A stretch of 33,452 bases of DNA from NCBI GenBank assembly GCA_040752415.1, contig JBFMGU010000113.1, forward strand, positions 1 to 33,452, given 5' to 3'. Both the position numbers and the translations under genes were made by a program. Below are positions 15,532 to 26,826 of the stretch, piece by piece. The notes beneath the pieces are model-generated. The model was not told the origin of the DNA and did no database searches. It saw only the letters and a list, made by a program, of their open reading frames with translations. Position 1 is the stretch's first letter. Each line of letters begins with the position of its first letter. Origin of the DNA: Myxococcota bacterium. Lineage in GTDB: Bacteria > Myxococcota > JACRCW01.

Positions 15532-18360
15532 ATGAGAACCCTCGCCACCCGCGTGCTCGTGGCCGCGGCTGCCTCCTGTCTTGCGCGCTGCGCGCCCCCA
15601 CCCTCCGACCCTCCCGCCTCCATCGCCTCCTCTCCGTCGCCAACCCCGACGGACGGAGGCACGCCCCCGCCCGGTGACGACGACACGTCAACCGCGGCCT
15701 CCGTCTCGTCGTCATCGAGCGGGAGCGCGGTGGTTCCCGGCGGTGAGCCCCGTCCGCCCTTCGTGGTCGGTGGCTCATCGTCGGGAGCCGCGTCCGCCTC
15801 CAGCGCCTCCTCTTCTTCCTCTTCCTCCTCGGCGTCGAGCGCCAGCGCGGCGGCCAGCTCCAGCGGCGCCACGTCTTCCTCGTCGGGAGTGGTCCTCCTC
15901 GCGCGCTGCGGCGACGGGCGCGTCGACGTGGGCGAGGAATGCGACCCGCCCGACGGCACCGCGTGCAACTACCTGTGCCAGGACCGGGACGCGCGGGAGA
16001 CCGACTGCGAGGACCTGGAGGACAACGACCTCGACGGGCTCGTCGACTGCGCGGATGCCGACGCATGCCAGGGCACGCCCGCGTGCCAGGCCGGCACTTC
16101 CCCGACGGGAAGGGCGTGCGTGGCCAACAACCAATGCCGCGCGGAAGGCGGCGACCCGCTGTGCATCACCGAGTTCCAGCTGGGCTGGCCAGGCGGCTAC
16201 TGCTCCGAGCACTGCACCTCCGACGACGACTGCGCCGCCGGCATCTGCTCCCCGCGCCCCGGCAGCGTGGGCAACCTCTGCCTGCTCACCTGCGACGCCG
16301 ACACCGACTGCCGCGCCGGCTACAGCTGCGACCGCCTCCCCGACGGGCGGCGCGCCTGCATTCCCCGCTGCACCGACGACACCCAGTGCATGCTGAGCGG
16401 CCACTGCATCAAGGAGCGGGGCGTGTGTGGTGCGCTCGCGGTGTGCGGCAACGGCGCGGTGGAGCCCGGTGAGCAATGCGACCCACCCGACGGCGTCACC
16501 TGCGGCACCAACTGCCGCCTGCGCGAGACCAGCTGCGAGGACCTGCGTGACGACGACGGAGACGGGCTGTACGACTGCCGTGACAACGCTTCCTGCAAGG
16601 GCCGTCCGGCGTGTGAGCCAGGCAACCGCGCCACGGGTGAGCCGTGCACGCGCACCGCGGGATGCAGCGCCGCGCTGGGCAACGACCCCCTCTGCCTCAC
16701 CGAGCGCGTGGTGGGCTTCCCCGGCGGGATGTGCTCCGAGTACTGCAACGTCGACGAGGGAGGCTGCGCCAACGGCACCACCTGCCTGGACATTGGCCTG
16801 GGCCCGCGCAACGGCGTGTGCCTCCCGCGCTGCACCGACAACGCCGACTGCCGCGCCGGTTACACCTGCGGTGTCCACGACGGTGCGCAGGTCTGCCTGC
16901 CCGCGTGCACCGACCACGCGCAGTGCGGTCTCACCGCCCATTGCGACCTCGCCGCGGGCCGCTGCATCACCGCGCCGGGCTGCGGGAACGGCCGCGTGGA
17001 CCCCGGGGAGGCGTGCGAGCCGCCGGGCAGCGGCGTGTGCAACGAGCAGTGCCAGGTGCGCGTGGGCGTGTGCGGCAACGGTCTCGTCGAGACGGGAGAG
17101 AGCTGTGACCCGCCCAACGGGTCCACGTGCAATGCCACCTGCCAGGGCGTGGAGCTCGCCTGCGCCGACCTGTACGACGACGACAACGACGGCCTCTTGG
17201 ACTGCGCCGATCCCGACTGCCACGACGGACGCGAGGTGTGCAACGAGGGCGCCGGTCGCGTGGGCAGCGCCTGCACCGCCGCCAATGACTGCTCCGCCAC
17301 CGACGGAGACCCGGCCTGCCTGTGGAACCTCAACGGCCTGAAGTGGGGCGGTTACTGCTCGGAGCTGTGCAACCTGCAGGCGCAGGACTGCGGAGCGGGA
17401 GCGTTCTGCCAGCCAGCGCTCGGCCGTGACGACGTGGGATTGTGCATCCGCTCCTGCACCGGGGACGCGGACTGCCGCGAGGGGACGCGGTGCCTCTCGG
17501 CGGGAACGGGTCGTCGCGGGTGCTTCGCCACCATGTCCGCGCCGGTGCCGCAGGAGGTGGACTGCAATGACCTGCGCGACGACAACCACAACGGCTTGTA
17601 CGACTGCCAGGACCCGGACCGCACCTGCCGCGGCGACTTCTCCTGCACGCCCGGCGTCACCGAGCTGGGCGGCGAGTGCACCCGCACGCGTGACTGCAAC
17701 GCCCAGGATGGCGACCCGTTCTGCATCCACGAGAAGGGCTTTGGTCATCCGCAGGGCAGCTGCTCGGAGTACTGCAGCGTGAGCGCCCAGGATTGCGGAA
17801 CGCGTGGCGTGTGCGTGGCGGTGGAGGGCGTGAGCAACGACGTGGGCCTGTGCATGGCCGCGTGCTCCGGGGACACGCAGTGCCGGACCGGTTACCGCTG
17901 CGGGGACGCCGGCTACTGCGTCCCGGCCTGCACCTCCGACGCGCAGTGCACCGGCAAGGGCGTGTGCAACTTCACCAGCGGCTTGTGCGTGCCGGCTACG
18001 CGCTGCGGAGACCTGGTGGTGGAGGCCTTCGAGGAATGCGACCCGCCCGGCGTGGGCAACTGCAACGCGCGCTGCCAGCTCCTGCCCACGTGTGGCGACG
18101 GGCGCCTGGACGCCGGTGAGCAGTGTGAGCCGCCGGGGGTGGCGGGATGCCAGGCGGACTGCACCGTGGTGCCCGGCTGGACCTGCCACCCCGCCAACTA
18201 CGGCGCCGCTGACGGCTGTGACTGCGGTTGTGGCGTGGTGGACCCGGATTGCACCGCCACCACGCTGGATGCCTGCGACATCTGCCACAACGGCTGCAGC
18301 GCGGAGGAATGCGCCGGCAACACCGAGCTGTCCACGACGGACAACGCGCAGTGCATCTGA
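15532..18360 (+). CDS. Large Cys-rich repeat surface/secreted protein (Myxococcus Cys-rich repeats plus DxDxDG modules)
   Basis: Signal peptide, Ser-rich linker, six CG(D/N)x...(G/F)ExC(D/E)PP repeats, four C.D..DxDxDGL.DC.D-type motifs, C-terminal WTC...YG..DGCDCGCG..DPDC. Confidence 0.85.
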   Translation: MRTLATRVLVAAAASCLARCAPPPSDPPASIASSPSPTPTDGGTPPPGDDDTSTAASVSSSSSGSAVVPGGEPRPPFVVGGSSSGAASASSASSSSSSSSASSASAAASSSGATSSSSGVVLLARCGDGRVDVGEECDPPDGTACNYLCQDRDARETDCEDLEDNDLDGLVDCADADACQGTPACQAGTSPTGRACVANNQCRAEGGDPLCITEFQLGWPGGYCSEHCTSDDDCAAGICSPRPGSVGNLCLLTCDADTDCRAGYSCDRLPDGRRACIPRCTDDTQCMLSGHCIKERGVCGALAVCGNGAVEPGEQCDPPDGVTCGTNCRLRETSCEDLRDDDGDGLYDCRDNASCKGRPACEPGNRATGEPCTRTAGCSAALGNDPLCLTERVVGFPGGMCSEYCNVDEGGCANGTTCLDIGLGPRNGVCLPRCTDNADCRAGYTCGVHDGAQVCLPACTDHAQCGLTAHCDLAAGRCITAPGCGNGRVDPGEACEPPGSGVCNEQCQVRVGVCGNGLVETGESCDPPNGSTCNATCQGVELACADLYDDDNDGLLDCADPDCHDGREVCNEGAGRVGSACTAANDCSATDGDPACLWNLNGLKWGGYCSELCNLQAQDCGAGAFCQPALGRDDVGLCIRSCTGDADCREGTRCLSAGTGRRGCFATMSAPVPQEVDCNDLRDDNHNGLYDCQDPDRTCRGDFSCTPGVTELGGECTRTRDCNAQDGDPFCIHEKGFGHPQGSCSEYCSVSAQDCGTRGVCVAVEGVSNDVGLCMAACSGDTQCRTGYRCGDAGYCVPACTSDAQCTGKGVCNFTSGLCVPATRCGDLVVEAFEECDPPGVGNCNARCQLLPTCGDGRLDAGEQCEPPGVAGCQADCTVVPGWTCHPANYGAADGCDCGCGVVDPDCTATTLDACDICHNGCSAEECAGNTELSTTDNAQCI

Positions 18361-18435
18361 TTCCGTGAATCGTCGTCGTGGAGGAGCGCGGTCCTCCGGA
18401 GCCTTCACCCGGACCGCCCCCGACGACAACCCCTG

Positions 18436-18484
18436 GGAGATTGCCGGTGGGCATTCGGAGCCGCACCGCTCGCCGGCAATCTCC
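18436..18484. terminator. 17-bp stem hairpin downstream of the Cys-rich gene
   Basis: ggagattgccggtgggc (18436-18452) pairs with gctcgccggcaatctcc (18468-18484), allowing G-U pairs. Confidence 0.45.
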
Positions 18485-18543
18485 TCTCCCCGTTTCCGCA
18501 GATCCTGCCTACATTGCTTCGGACTTCCCGCTCCGGAGCAACC

Positions 18544-19002
18544 ATGCGAACCGCAACCCTCACCGTCCTGCTCTCCCTCGTCTGCACCGTCGTGGCGGCG
18601 GAGGAGATTGGCAGCGTGTCCACGGTGTTCAAGATGCTGGGCCCCAACGACAAGATCGTGATCGAGGCCTTTGACGACCCGAAGGTGGAGGGCGTGACCT
18701 GCTACCTGTCCCGCGCCAAGAAGGGTGGCCTGGCCGGCGGGGTGGGCGTGGCGGAGGACACCTCGGATGCGTCCATTGCGTGTCGGCAGGTGGGGCCCAT
18801 CCGGTTCAAGGAGGCGTTCAAGGACGGGGAGATGGTGTTCCAGAAGGACACGTCGCTGCTGTTCAAGACCATGCAGGTGGTGCGCTTCCACGACCGCAAG
18901 CGCGACGTGCTGGTCTACCTGGTCTACAGCGACCGCATCATCGAAGGCTCTCCGAAGAACTCCATCTCCGCGGTGCCCATCCAGAAGAACTGGAAGCCTT
19001 AG
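18544..19002 (+). CDS. creA: CreA family periplasmic protein
   Basis: [75 protein letters not shown]. Confidence 0.92.
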   Translation: MRTATLTVLLSLVCTVVAAEEIGSVSTVFKMLGPNDKIVIEAFDDPKVEGVTCYLSRAKKGGLAGGVGVAEDTSDASIACRQVGPIRFKEAFKDGEMVFQKDTSLLFKTMQVVRFHDRKRDVLVYLVYSDRIIEGSPKNSISAVPIQKNWKP

Positions 19003-19139
19003 TCCGGCGTAGGGAAGCTGCGGATTGGGCGAATGCGCTCATGTCGTTGGCTCGCTCCGTGACCGGGTGGTGCGTTGTCTGCGGCCAGGAGAGGTGCCAG
19101 AATCGTCCGGGAGCTAATAGGGCCGAAACAGGAGCGCTC

Positions 19140-20417
19140 ATGACCCGGATCTTCCTCGCGCGGTTGCTGGCCAGCACGGGCCTGTTGGCGGCGGCATGCG
19201 GACCCTCGTCCTCCGACGGGGGAACCGGGTCCACCAGCTCTTCCGGCGGTCCGGTCGTCACCACGTTCACCGACTTCTACCGTCATCAGACCAGGGATGC
19301 GTGCGCATACGAAGAGCGCTGCGCGGAGCTCCGCGGACGTCGTCATGCCAGCCGCGCGGCGTGTGAGGCCCGGGCCGAGCAGTTCGTGCCCTTCGGCCTG
19401 TCCGGTTCGGCGGAGGAACTGGCGGGGCTGCACTTCACGCTGGATTCCGCGGCAGCCACCCGGTGCCTGGACACGCTGCTCAACCTGCCGTGCGACCTGC
19501 CCAACGGCGATCCCGTCCCCTGGGACCTGGCGGCGTGCGCCCCCGCATTCGTCCCCAAGCCCAGCGCCGCCGACGTCGGAGAGGTCTGCGACCCGTCCGC
19601 CTTCATGTGCAAGGTGGGCACCCGGTGCATGGCTCCGGCCGGAAGCCAGTGCCACCACTGCGCGGAGCCCCCGCCCGACGGAACGACGTGCAGCCACGAC
19701 TCGGAGTGCGGCAGCGCCTACTGCAACCTCGCGGAGGGAGTGTGTCGTCCATTCCCGGCGTACCGTCGGGGAGAGGCGTGCACCTCGAACCACTGCATCG
19801 GGAACCTCATCTGTGTCGGCGAGGAGGGGGCACGCACCTGCCAGGACCAGGTGGGGGAGGGCCAGCCGTGTGGAGAGGGGCATTCCGCCTGTCTGATCGG
19901 CTTCTCCTGTGTTCTTCCCGACGAGGGAGACCAGGGCACCTGCCAGGCGCTCCTCGAGGACGGCGCGACGTGCGAGCGGGGAAGGCGCGGTCGCCAATGC
20001 CGGAGCCATTGCGTCTTCCCCTCCGCCACGGCGGCAACGGGGACCTGCCAGACCCTGACCGCATGGCCGGGCGCGGGTGAGCCGTGCACCAACGCGCTGG
20101 GATGCGCCGAGGAGACGTTCGCGGATGCGCGCCGGGATCCCACCACGGGAATGGTCACGGCCTGCGAGTGTCGGACGCCGGTCCCGCTGGGTGGTACGTG
20201 CGGCGTGGCGGGAGCATGCGCGGCGGGACTGTGCGAGCACCCCACGCGTTGCGCGCACGGTCGCTGCGCCCCGACGACAAATGTGGAGGGAACCTGTGTG
20301 CCGCTGAACGCCAACGGAGACGGCTGCTCTTCCTCCTCCGAGTGTGACAGCGGGTATTGCGACCGCGGCCAGATGGATCAGCCGGGGGTCTGCGCGCCTG
20401 CGCCGGTGTGCGAGTGA
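19140..20417 (+). CDS. Cys-rich lipoprotein (GExC / Dickkopf-like repeats)
   Basis: AGGAG RBS; lipobox LLAAA-C; repeated G(E/Q/A)xC...C modules; CSSSSECDSGYC. Confidence 0.8.
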   Translation: MTRIFLARLLASTGLLAAACGPSSSDGGTGSTSSSGGPVVTTFTDFYRHQTRDACAYEERCAELRGRRHASRAACEARAEQFVPFGLSGSAEELAGLHFTLDSAAATRCLDTLLNLPCDLPNGDPVPWDLAACAPAFVPKPSAADVGEVCDPSAFMCKVGTRCMAPAGSQCHHCAEPPPDGTTCSHDSECGSAYCNLAEGVCRPFPAYRRGEACTSNHCIGNLICVGEEGARTCQDQVGEGQPCGEGHSACLIGFSCVLPDEGDQGTCQALLEDGATCERGRRGRQCRSHCVFPSATAATGTCQTLTAWPGAGEPCTNALGCAEETFADARRDPTTGMVTACECRTPVPLGGTCGVAGACAAGLCEHPTRCAHGRCAPTTNVEGTCVPLNANGDGCSSSSECDSGYCDRGQMDQPGVCAPAPVCE

Positions 20418-20460
20418 GACGTCGACGCGCTCAAGTCGTGGGCGCTAGAACGCCCGCCCC

Positions 20461-21153
20461 ATGATCCTGTACGGCTACAACATCTCGCCCTACACCGCGA
20501 AGGTCCGCGCCGTCCTCCGCCACAAGCGCGTCCCCTTCCACGAGGAGCAGGTCCATCCGCTCCGTCGACAAATCCTCAAGCGCCTCTCCGGTCAGCTCCA
20601 GGTCCCGGTGCTGCAGGATGACGGGCGGGTGGTGGCGGATTCCACGGACATCGTCCGGTACCTCGAGGAGAGATTCCCCGAGCGGCCGGTGATTCCGCAC
20701 GACCCCGTCCTGCGCGCCCGCGCGCTTCTCCTCGAGGAGTGGTCCGACGAAGGGCTGAGCCGGGTGGTGGCGCCGGTGCGCTGGCTCATCCCGGTGAACC
20801 ACGAGCGCTCCATGGCCACCTTCCGTGGCGCCTATCCCGCCGGCGTGGCGGAGGATGCCGCGTTTGCCGCGGTGGGCCGGTTCATGACGGTGGACATGCG
20901 TCGCAAGTACACGCGTTCGCTGACGCGGTCTCCTTCGCCGGAGCGGTTGCGGCGGCGGTTGGCGGAGGTGCTCACGCTGCTGGACGACGCGTTGGCGGAG
21001 ACGGGCTGGCTGGTGGGCACCGCGCCCACGGTTGCCGACGTGGCAGCGTGGGGCTGGCTGCACCTGCTGGAAGGCATGGAGGGCTGGGAGCTGGTGCAGG
21101 CGCGGCCGCGCGTGGTGCGCATGCTGCGCGGTGTCGACGAGATGCAGGCGTGA
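20461..21153 (+). CDS. Glutathione S-transferase family protein
   Basis: ISPYTAKVR, QVPVL, DSTDIVRYLEERFP, WLVG..PTVADVA. Confidence 0.88.
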   Translation: MILYGYNISPYTAKVRAVLRHKRVPFHEEQVHPLRRQILKRLSGQLQVPVLQDDGRVVADSTDIVRYLEERFPERPVIPHDPVLRARALLLEEWSDEGLSRVVAPVRWLIPVNHERSMATFRGAYPAGVAEDAAFAAVGRFMTVDMRRKYTRSLTRSPSPERLRRRLAEVLTLLDDALAETGWLVGTAPTVADVAAWGWLHLLEGMEGWELVQARPRVVRMLRGVDEMQA

Positions 21154-23301
21154 TCAGGGCGCGCACACGTCGTAGTAGACGGTGAGCTGGATGTGATCCA
21201 CGGAGGCCGAGCCCGCTTCCATCCCCGAGCCCACGTAGCGCGCCGCCAGCACCAGGCCGAATCCCGGGTCGTGGATCTCGGCGAGACTCCAGGGGTGGTC
21301 CCACAGGTCGCTCCCACCCCCGTGCGGCATCACCGTGGGAATGTCGGACCACGCGTCGGGGGCCACGCGGGCCGTTCCCTGCTCCACGCCGTCGACGACG
21401 AGCCGGACGCGCTGGTCCGCGGCTTGGACGCCCTTCACCAGCAGGTCCGCGCGCACGCCCCGCACCACCGCGCCCTCCGGCAACGCAAAGCCGAACTCGC
21501 TCGCCACCAGGTCGTCGGTGCGGATGCCAAAGAGGGAGGCGTTGGCGAAAGTGCCGTCGGCAACGCGCGCGTTCTGCGGGGCGCTCCAGACGCCAAAGAA
21601 GGTGACGGGGACGTTGACCACGCGGCCCGGGCTCAACGGACCGGCCACGCTGGGATGACCGTAGTGCACCGTCACCGTCACCGCGTCCACGTGCGCCACG
21701 CCTTGCGCCGCGCTCGCCCCGCGCTTCACCGCCAACGCCAACCCGAAGTCCGGCCGGTTCACGTCGGCGGGGTCCCAGGCCACGTTCCACAGGTCTCCCT
21801 CGCCGCCGTAGCCGGCCACGGTGTTGTCCACGGGCCACGGCCCCGCGGTGGCGCTCTCCCGCCCGGTCACCACGCCGGCCTTCACCAGGCGCACGGAGGA
21901 GTCCTCCACCTCGCCCTCGCCCCGACGCAGCACGGTGGCGCTGATGCCCAGGATCACCGCGTCGGCGGGGAGGTTGAACCCCAGGCCGCTGGCCACCAGG
22001 TAGGTGCTCCACCCGGTCTCCGACACGTCGACACTCGCCGGGTTGCCGTCCGCCATGGCGGCAGCGGGCAGGTCCTGCCAGCGCGCGCTGGTCAGCAGTC
22101 CGTCGGCGGTGGCCACGTCACCCAGCTGGGTGCGCGACTCCGGGTTGGCGTTGACGTCGTAGTGGACGGTGATCCGCACCGTGTCCAGGTAGGCCGTGTC
22201 CGACGCGGGGGCGCCCGCCTGGGTCATCACGGAGACCGCCACGCCAAAGTCGAGCCGGTTGATGTCCGCGGCGGTCCAGGTGGCGCCCCAGGTGTCGGTG
22301 GGCCCGCCGTGGTCCTGGGGGCCGCCGTTCCAGGGCGTGCCCAGCGCGCGGTTCGACCCCACCAGCGCCCCGCCGAGCACCAGCGTCACGTCGCGGTCCT
22401 TGATGGTTTGGTTGTCGGAGTCGCCCTCCAGCATCACCTCGATGCCCACGATCACCGCGTCCGTGGGCAGCGCGAAGCCGAAGTCGGTCACCACCAGGAA
22501 GGTGCTGGAGACGCTGGGGGCCAGGGTCACGGTGGCCTCGTCGGTGTCGGAGCGCAGGGCGCCACCCGGGTCCGCCCACGTCACCCCGCCGCCCACGCCG
22601 GCGGCCGCCTCCCCCCACGTGCCCGGCGTGGCCGGACCCACCTCCCACGTCACCCCGCACCCGCCGCCCGACGAGCTGCCGGACGACGACGTCGTCGTGC
22701 TGGTGGCGCCGCTGGAGGAGCTTGTGGTGGCGCCGGAGGACGAGCTGACGCTGGACCCGGTGCTCGTGGTGGATCCGGCGGTCCCCCCGCCGCTGGACGA
22801 CGTCGCCGGGCCGCCGCTCGAGGAGCCCGCCCCGCCCGAGGTCCCCGCGCCCCCGGATCCGGTGCTCGCGCCCCCGCTGCCGGTGCCTCCGCCCGACGAC
22901 ACCGCCGAGCCCGACGTGGCCGAGGACGACGCGGCCGACGACGACGTGACCGAGGACGACGCGGATGACGACACCGCGCTGGATGACGACGCGGACGACG
23001 AGGGAGCGCCGGTGGATCCGCCCGAGCCCGACCCGCCGGAGGCGCTGGAGGCGGTGCTGGCGTTGGAGGTGGCGCTGTGGCTGGAGGAGGAGGCCACGCC
23101 GGGCACCTCGCTCGCGCCAAGCCGGCAGACCCCGCCCTCGCAATGGTGGGTCTCGGGACACTCGCGGTCGCGGTTGCAGGCCTGCAGGCACTCACCGCCC
23201 TGCCGCACCTGGCCTTCGGCGCACTCCGCGGGGCAGCCCAGCGGGCCCAGCAGGACAAGCGGCAGGAGGAGAAGCCATCCCGGCGGGCTGGACGGACGCA
23301 T
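21154..23301 (-). CDS. Secreted/lipoprotein: Cys-rich N-module, long Ser/Gly/Thr linker, three ~167-aa beta-rich repeats
   Basis: GGAGG RBS; signal ...VLLGPLG-C; three repeats sharing GF.LP..AV..G, GG..D.W...W and D....TV.Y. Confidence 0.8.
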   Translation of the reverse strand: MRPSSPPGWLLLLPLVLLGPLGCPAECAEGQVRQGGECLQACNRDRECPETHHCEGGVCRLGASEVPGVASSSSHSATSNASTASSASGGSGSGGSTGAPSSSASSSSAVSSSASSSVTSSSAASSSATSGSAVSSGGGTGSGGASTGSGGAGTSGGAGSSSGGPATSSSGGGTAGSTTSTGSSVSSSSGATTSSSSGATSTTTSSSGSSSGGGCGVTWEVGPATPGTWGEAAAGVGGGVTWADPGGALRSDTDEATVTLAPSVSSTFLVVTDFGFALPTDAVIVGIEVMLEGDSDNQTIKDRDVTLVLGGALVGSNRALGTPWNGGPQDHGGPTDTWGATWTAADINRLDFGVAVSVMTQAGAPASDTAYLDTVRITVHYDVNANPESRTQLGDVATADGLLTSARWQDLPAAAMADGNPASVDVSETGWSTYLVASGLGFNLPADAVILGISATVLRRGEGEVEDSSVRLVKAGVVTGRESATAGPWPVDNTVAGYGGEGDLWNVAWDPADVNRPDFGLALAVKRGASAAQGVAHVDAVTVTVHYGHPSVAGPLSPGRVVNVPVTFFGVWSAPQNARVADGTFANASLFGIRTDDLVASEFGFALPEGAVVRGVRADLLVKGVQAADQRVRLVVDGVEQGTARVAPDAWSDIPTVMPHGGGSDLWDHPWSLAEIHDPGFGLVLAARYVGSGMEAGSASVDHIQLTVYYDVCAP

Positions 23302-23551
23302 GAGCCTCCAAACCTAGGGAATGCGCGGCGGATTTCCCAGCGGCCCAGGCGGGGTGGGTCGGGAGGGACGGATCCGGGGGGTGGGAAAACCCCTCGCACT
23401 TCAAGGATCTTGCGGAAGGCGCGCCGGGAGGAAGGTCATGCCCGTTGCGTTGACCCCCCGTCACCTGTTAGACGCGCAGCCCTTTTTTGACCTTGTGTTC
23501 GCAGGAAAAAGCATCGCGCAACGCACCAACCATTCTCGTGGAGTCTGCACA

Positions 23552-25951
<2,400 letters not shown>

Positions 25952-26052
25952 GAAGCGGTTTCAACGCTGCGTGACCCGCGCCGTCGTCCGTGCCTGAGTG
26001 GCCCGGGCGGCGGCGTTGGTCTTTCTGGGGAACGGGCGTGGCGGAGCGTGGG

Positions 26053-26313
26053 TGAGCTGCGTCAGAACAAGTTGGCCAATTCGGTCCGATGCCCTCGAAC
26101 ACCTAACCCCCCCACGTTCATGCCGTTCTGCACGGGGCAATCGGTCAACGGTTGACCTCTTTTCCGACGACAAATCGCGTTGGCCTCAAACGAGTGCCCC
26201 CTTCCCCGGCTCGGTGACGACGGAAAATCGGTACTGGGGAAGGGGGGCGAGCGTGCAGAACGGCATGAACGTGGGGGGTTAGGTGTTCGAGGGCATCGGA
26301 CCGAATTGGCCAA
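26053..26313. repeat. Long inverted-repeat element, family C copy 1 (left internal hairpin missing)
   Basis: 26072-26134 is the reverse complement of 26252-26313 except one C-run indel. Internal hairpin 26196-26251; 57-bp spacer 26139-26195; homologous to 29994-30327. Confidence 0.9.
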
Positions 26314-26548
26314 GATGCCCAGTGCGGTTGCCGACGTCGTGAGCGGACCACGACCTGGAGTGCGGCGGGCCCTCGCCGCCCTGGCCAGCGCCGCTCGCGT
26401 TCACAACGGGCCGAACAGGCCTGGGGCTCAATGACGTCGGGCGAGGCGCTTGGACCCTTGACGGTTGTCCAAACCGCGCGACGCTGACCAGGGCGGCGAG
26501 GGCCCGCCGCACTCCAGGTCGTGGTCCGCTGGACGCGGTCAGGACCAG

Positions 26549-26680
26549 ATGGGCAATTCATCTTGACGCAGCCCCTTAAGCGGTGTTCGCCCGGCCTCGC
26601 CGACAACATGGGCAGATTGTGCTGACGCAGCCCCTTGGGTGTTCGCCGGCCTCGCCGCATGGAAACTCGTTCTGGCGAAG
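26549..26680 (+). repeat. Degenerate tandem array of the family C terminal module (one full and two partial ~55-59-bp copies)
   Basis: atgggca..tgacgcagcccctt at 26549 and 26608; ggtgttcg(c)ccggcctcgccg at 26582 and 26638. These match the family C arm ends. Confidence 0.7.
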
Positions 26681-26826
26681 TTTTCGGACGGAAATGCCGC
26701 CGTCCCGGCGCAAGCCCGCTGCCAAGAGCGTGAGCCCACGACGCGGCGCGCCCACCGACACGTTGCGGGCCCGCCACTCCGCGCGGCAACCTGCCGACGC
26801 GCCCAACCCTCCCTGGAGCATGCGAC

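Noticed and set aside
15775..18891. 1038-aa minus-strand ORF, and similar long ORFs 6311-8155, 7860-9860, 21193-22968, 23468-25726
   Set aside because: Antisense shadows of well-supported genes, expected in high-GC DNA; no motifs or RBS.
23450..23515. Sigma70 promoter for hppA (two TTGACC hexamers)
   Set aside because: No convincing -10 element at 16-18 bp spacing.
26101..26284. Integron attC resemblance: ACCTAAC (RYYYAAC) ... GTTAGGT (GTTRRRY) with an inner GTTCATGCCG; also at 30042-30279
   Set aside because: The spans are 184 and 238 bp, longer than typical attC sites. The L-box region is perfectly paired with no extrahelical base, the R-L spacing is too long, the symmetry continues well outside the R boxes, and there is no integrase or cassette-like gene array. 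An IntegronFinder run would settle it.
25998..26434. Short ORFs across family C elements sharing peptide motifs (e.g. NGMNVGG, EHLTP)
   Set aside because: The similarity comes from the DNA repeat itself; starts and frames are inconsistent between copies.
26549..26680. Possible mini CRISPR array
   Set aside because: Only 2-3 degenerate units, the intervening sequences are themselves similar, and there are no cas genes.
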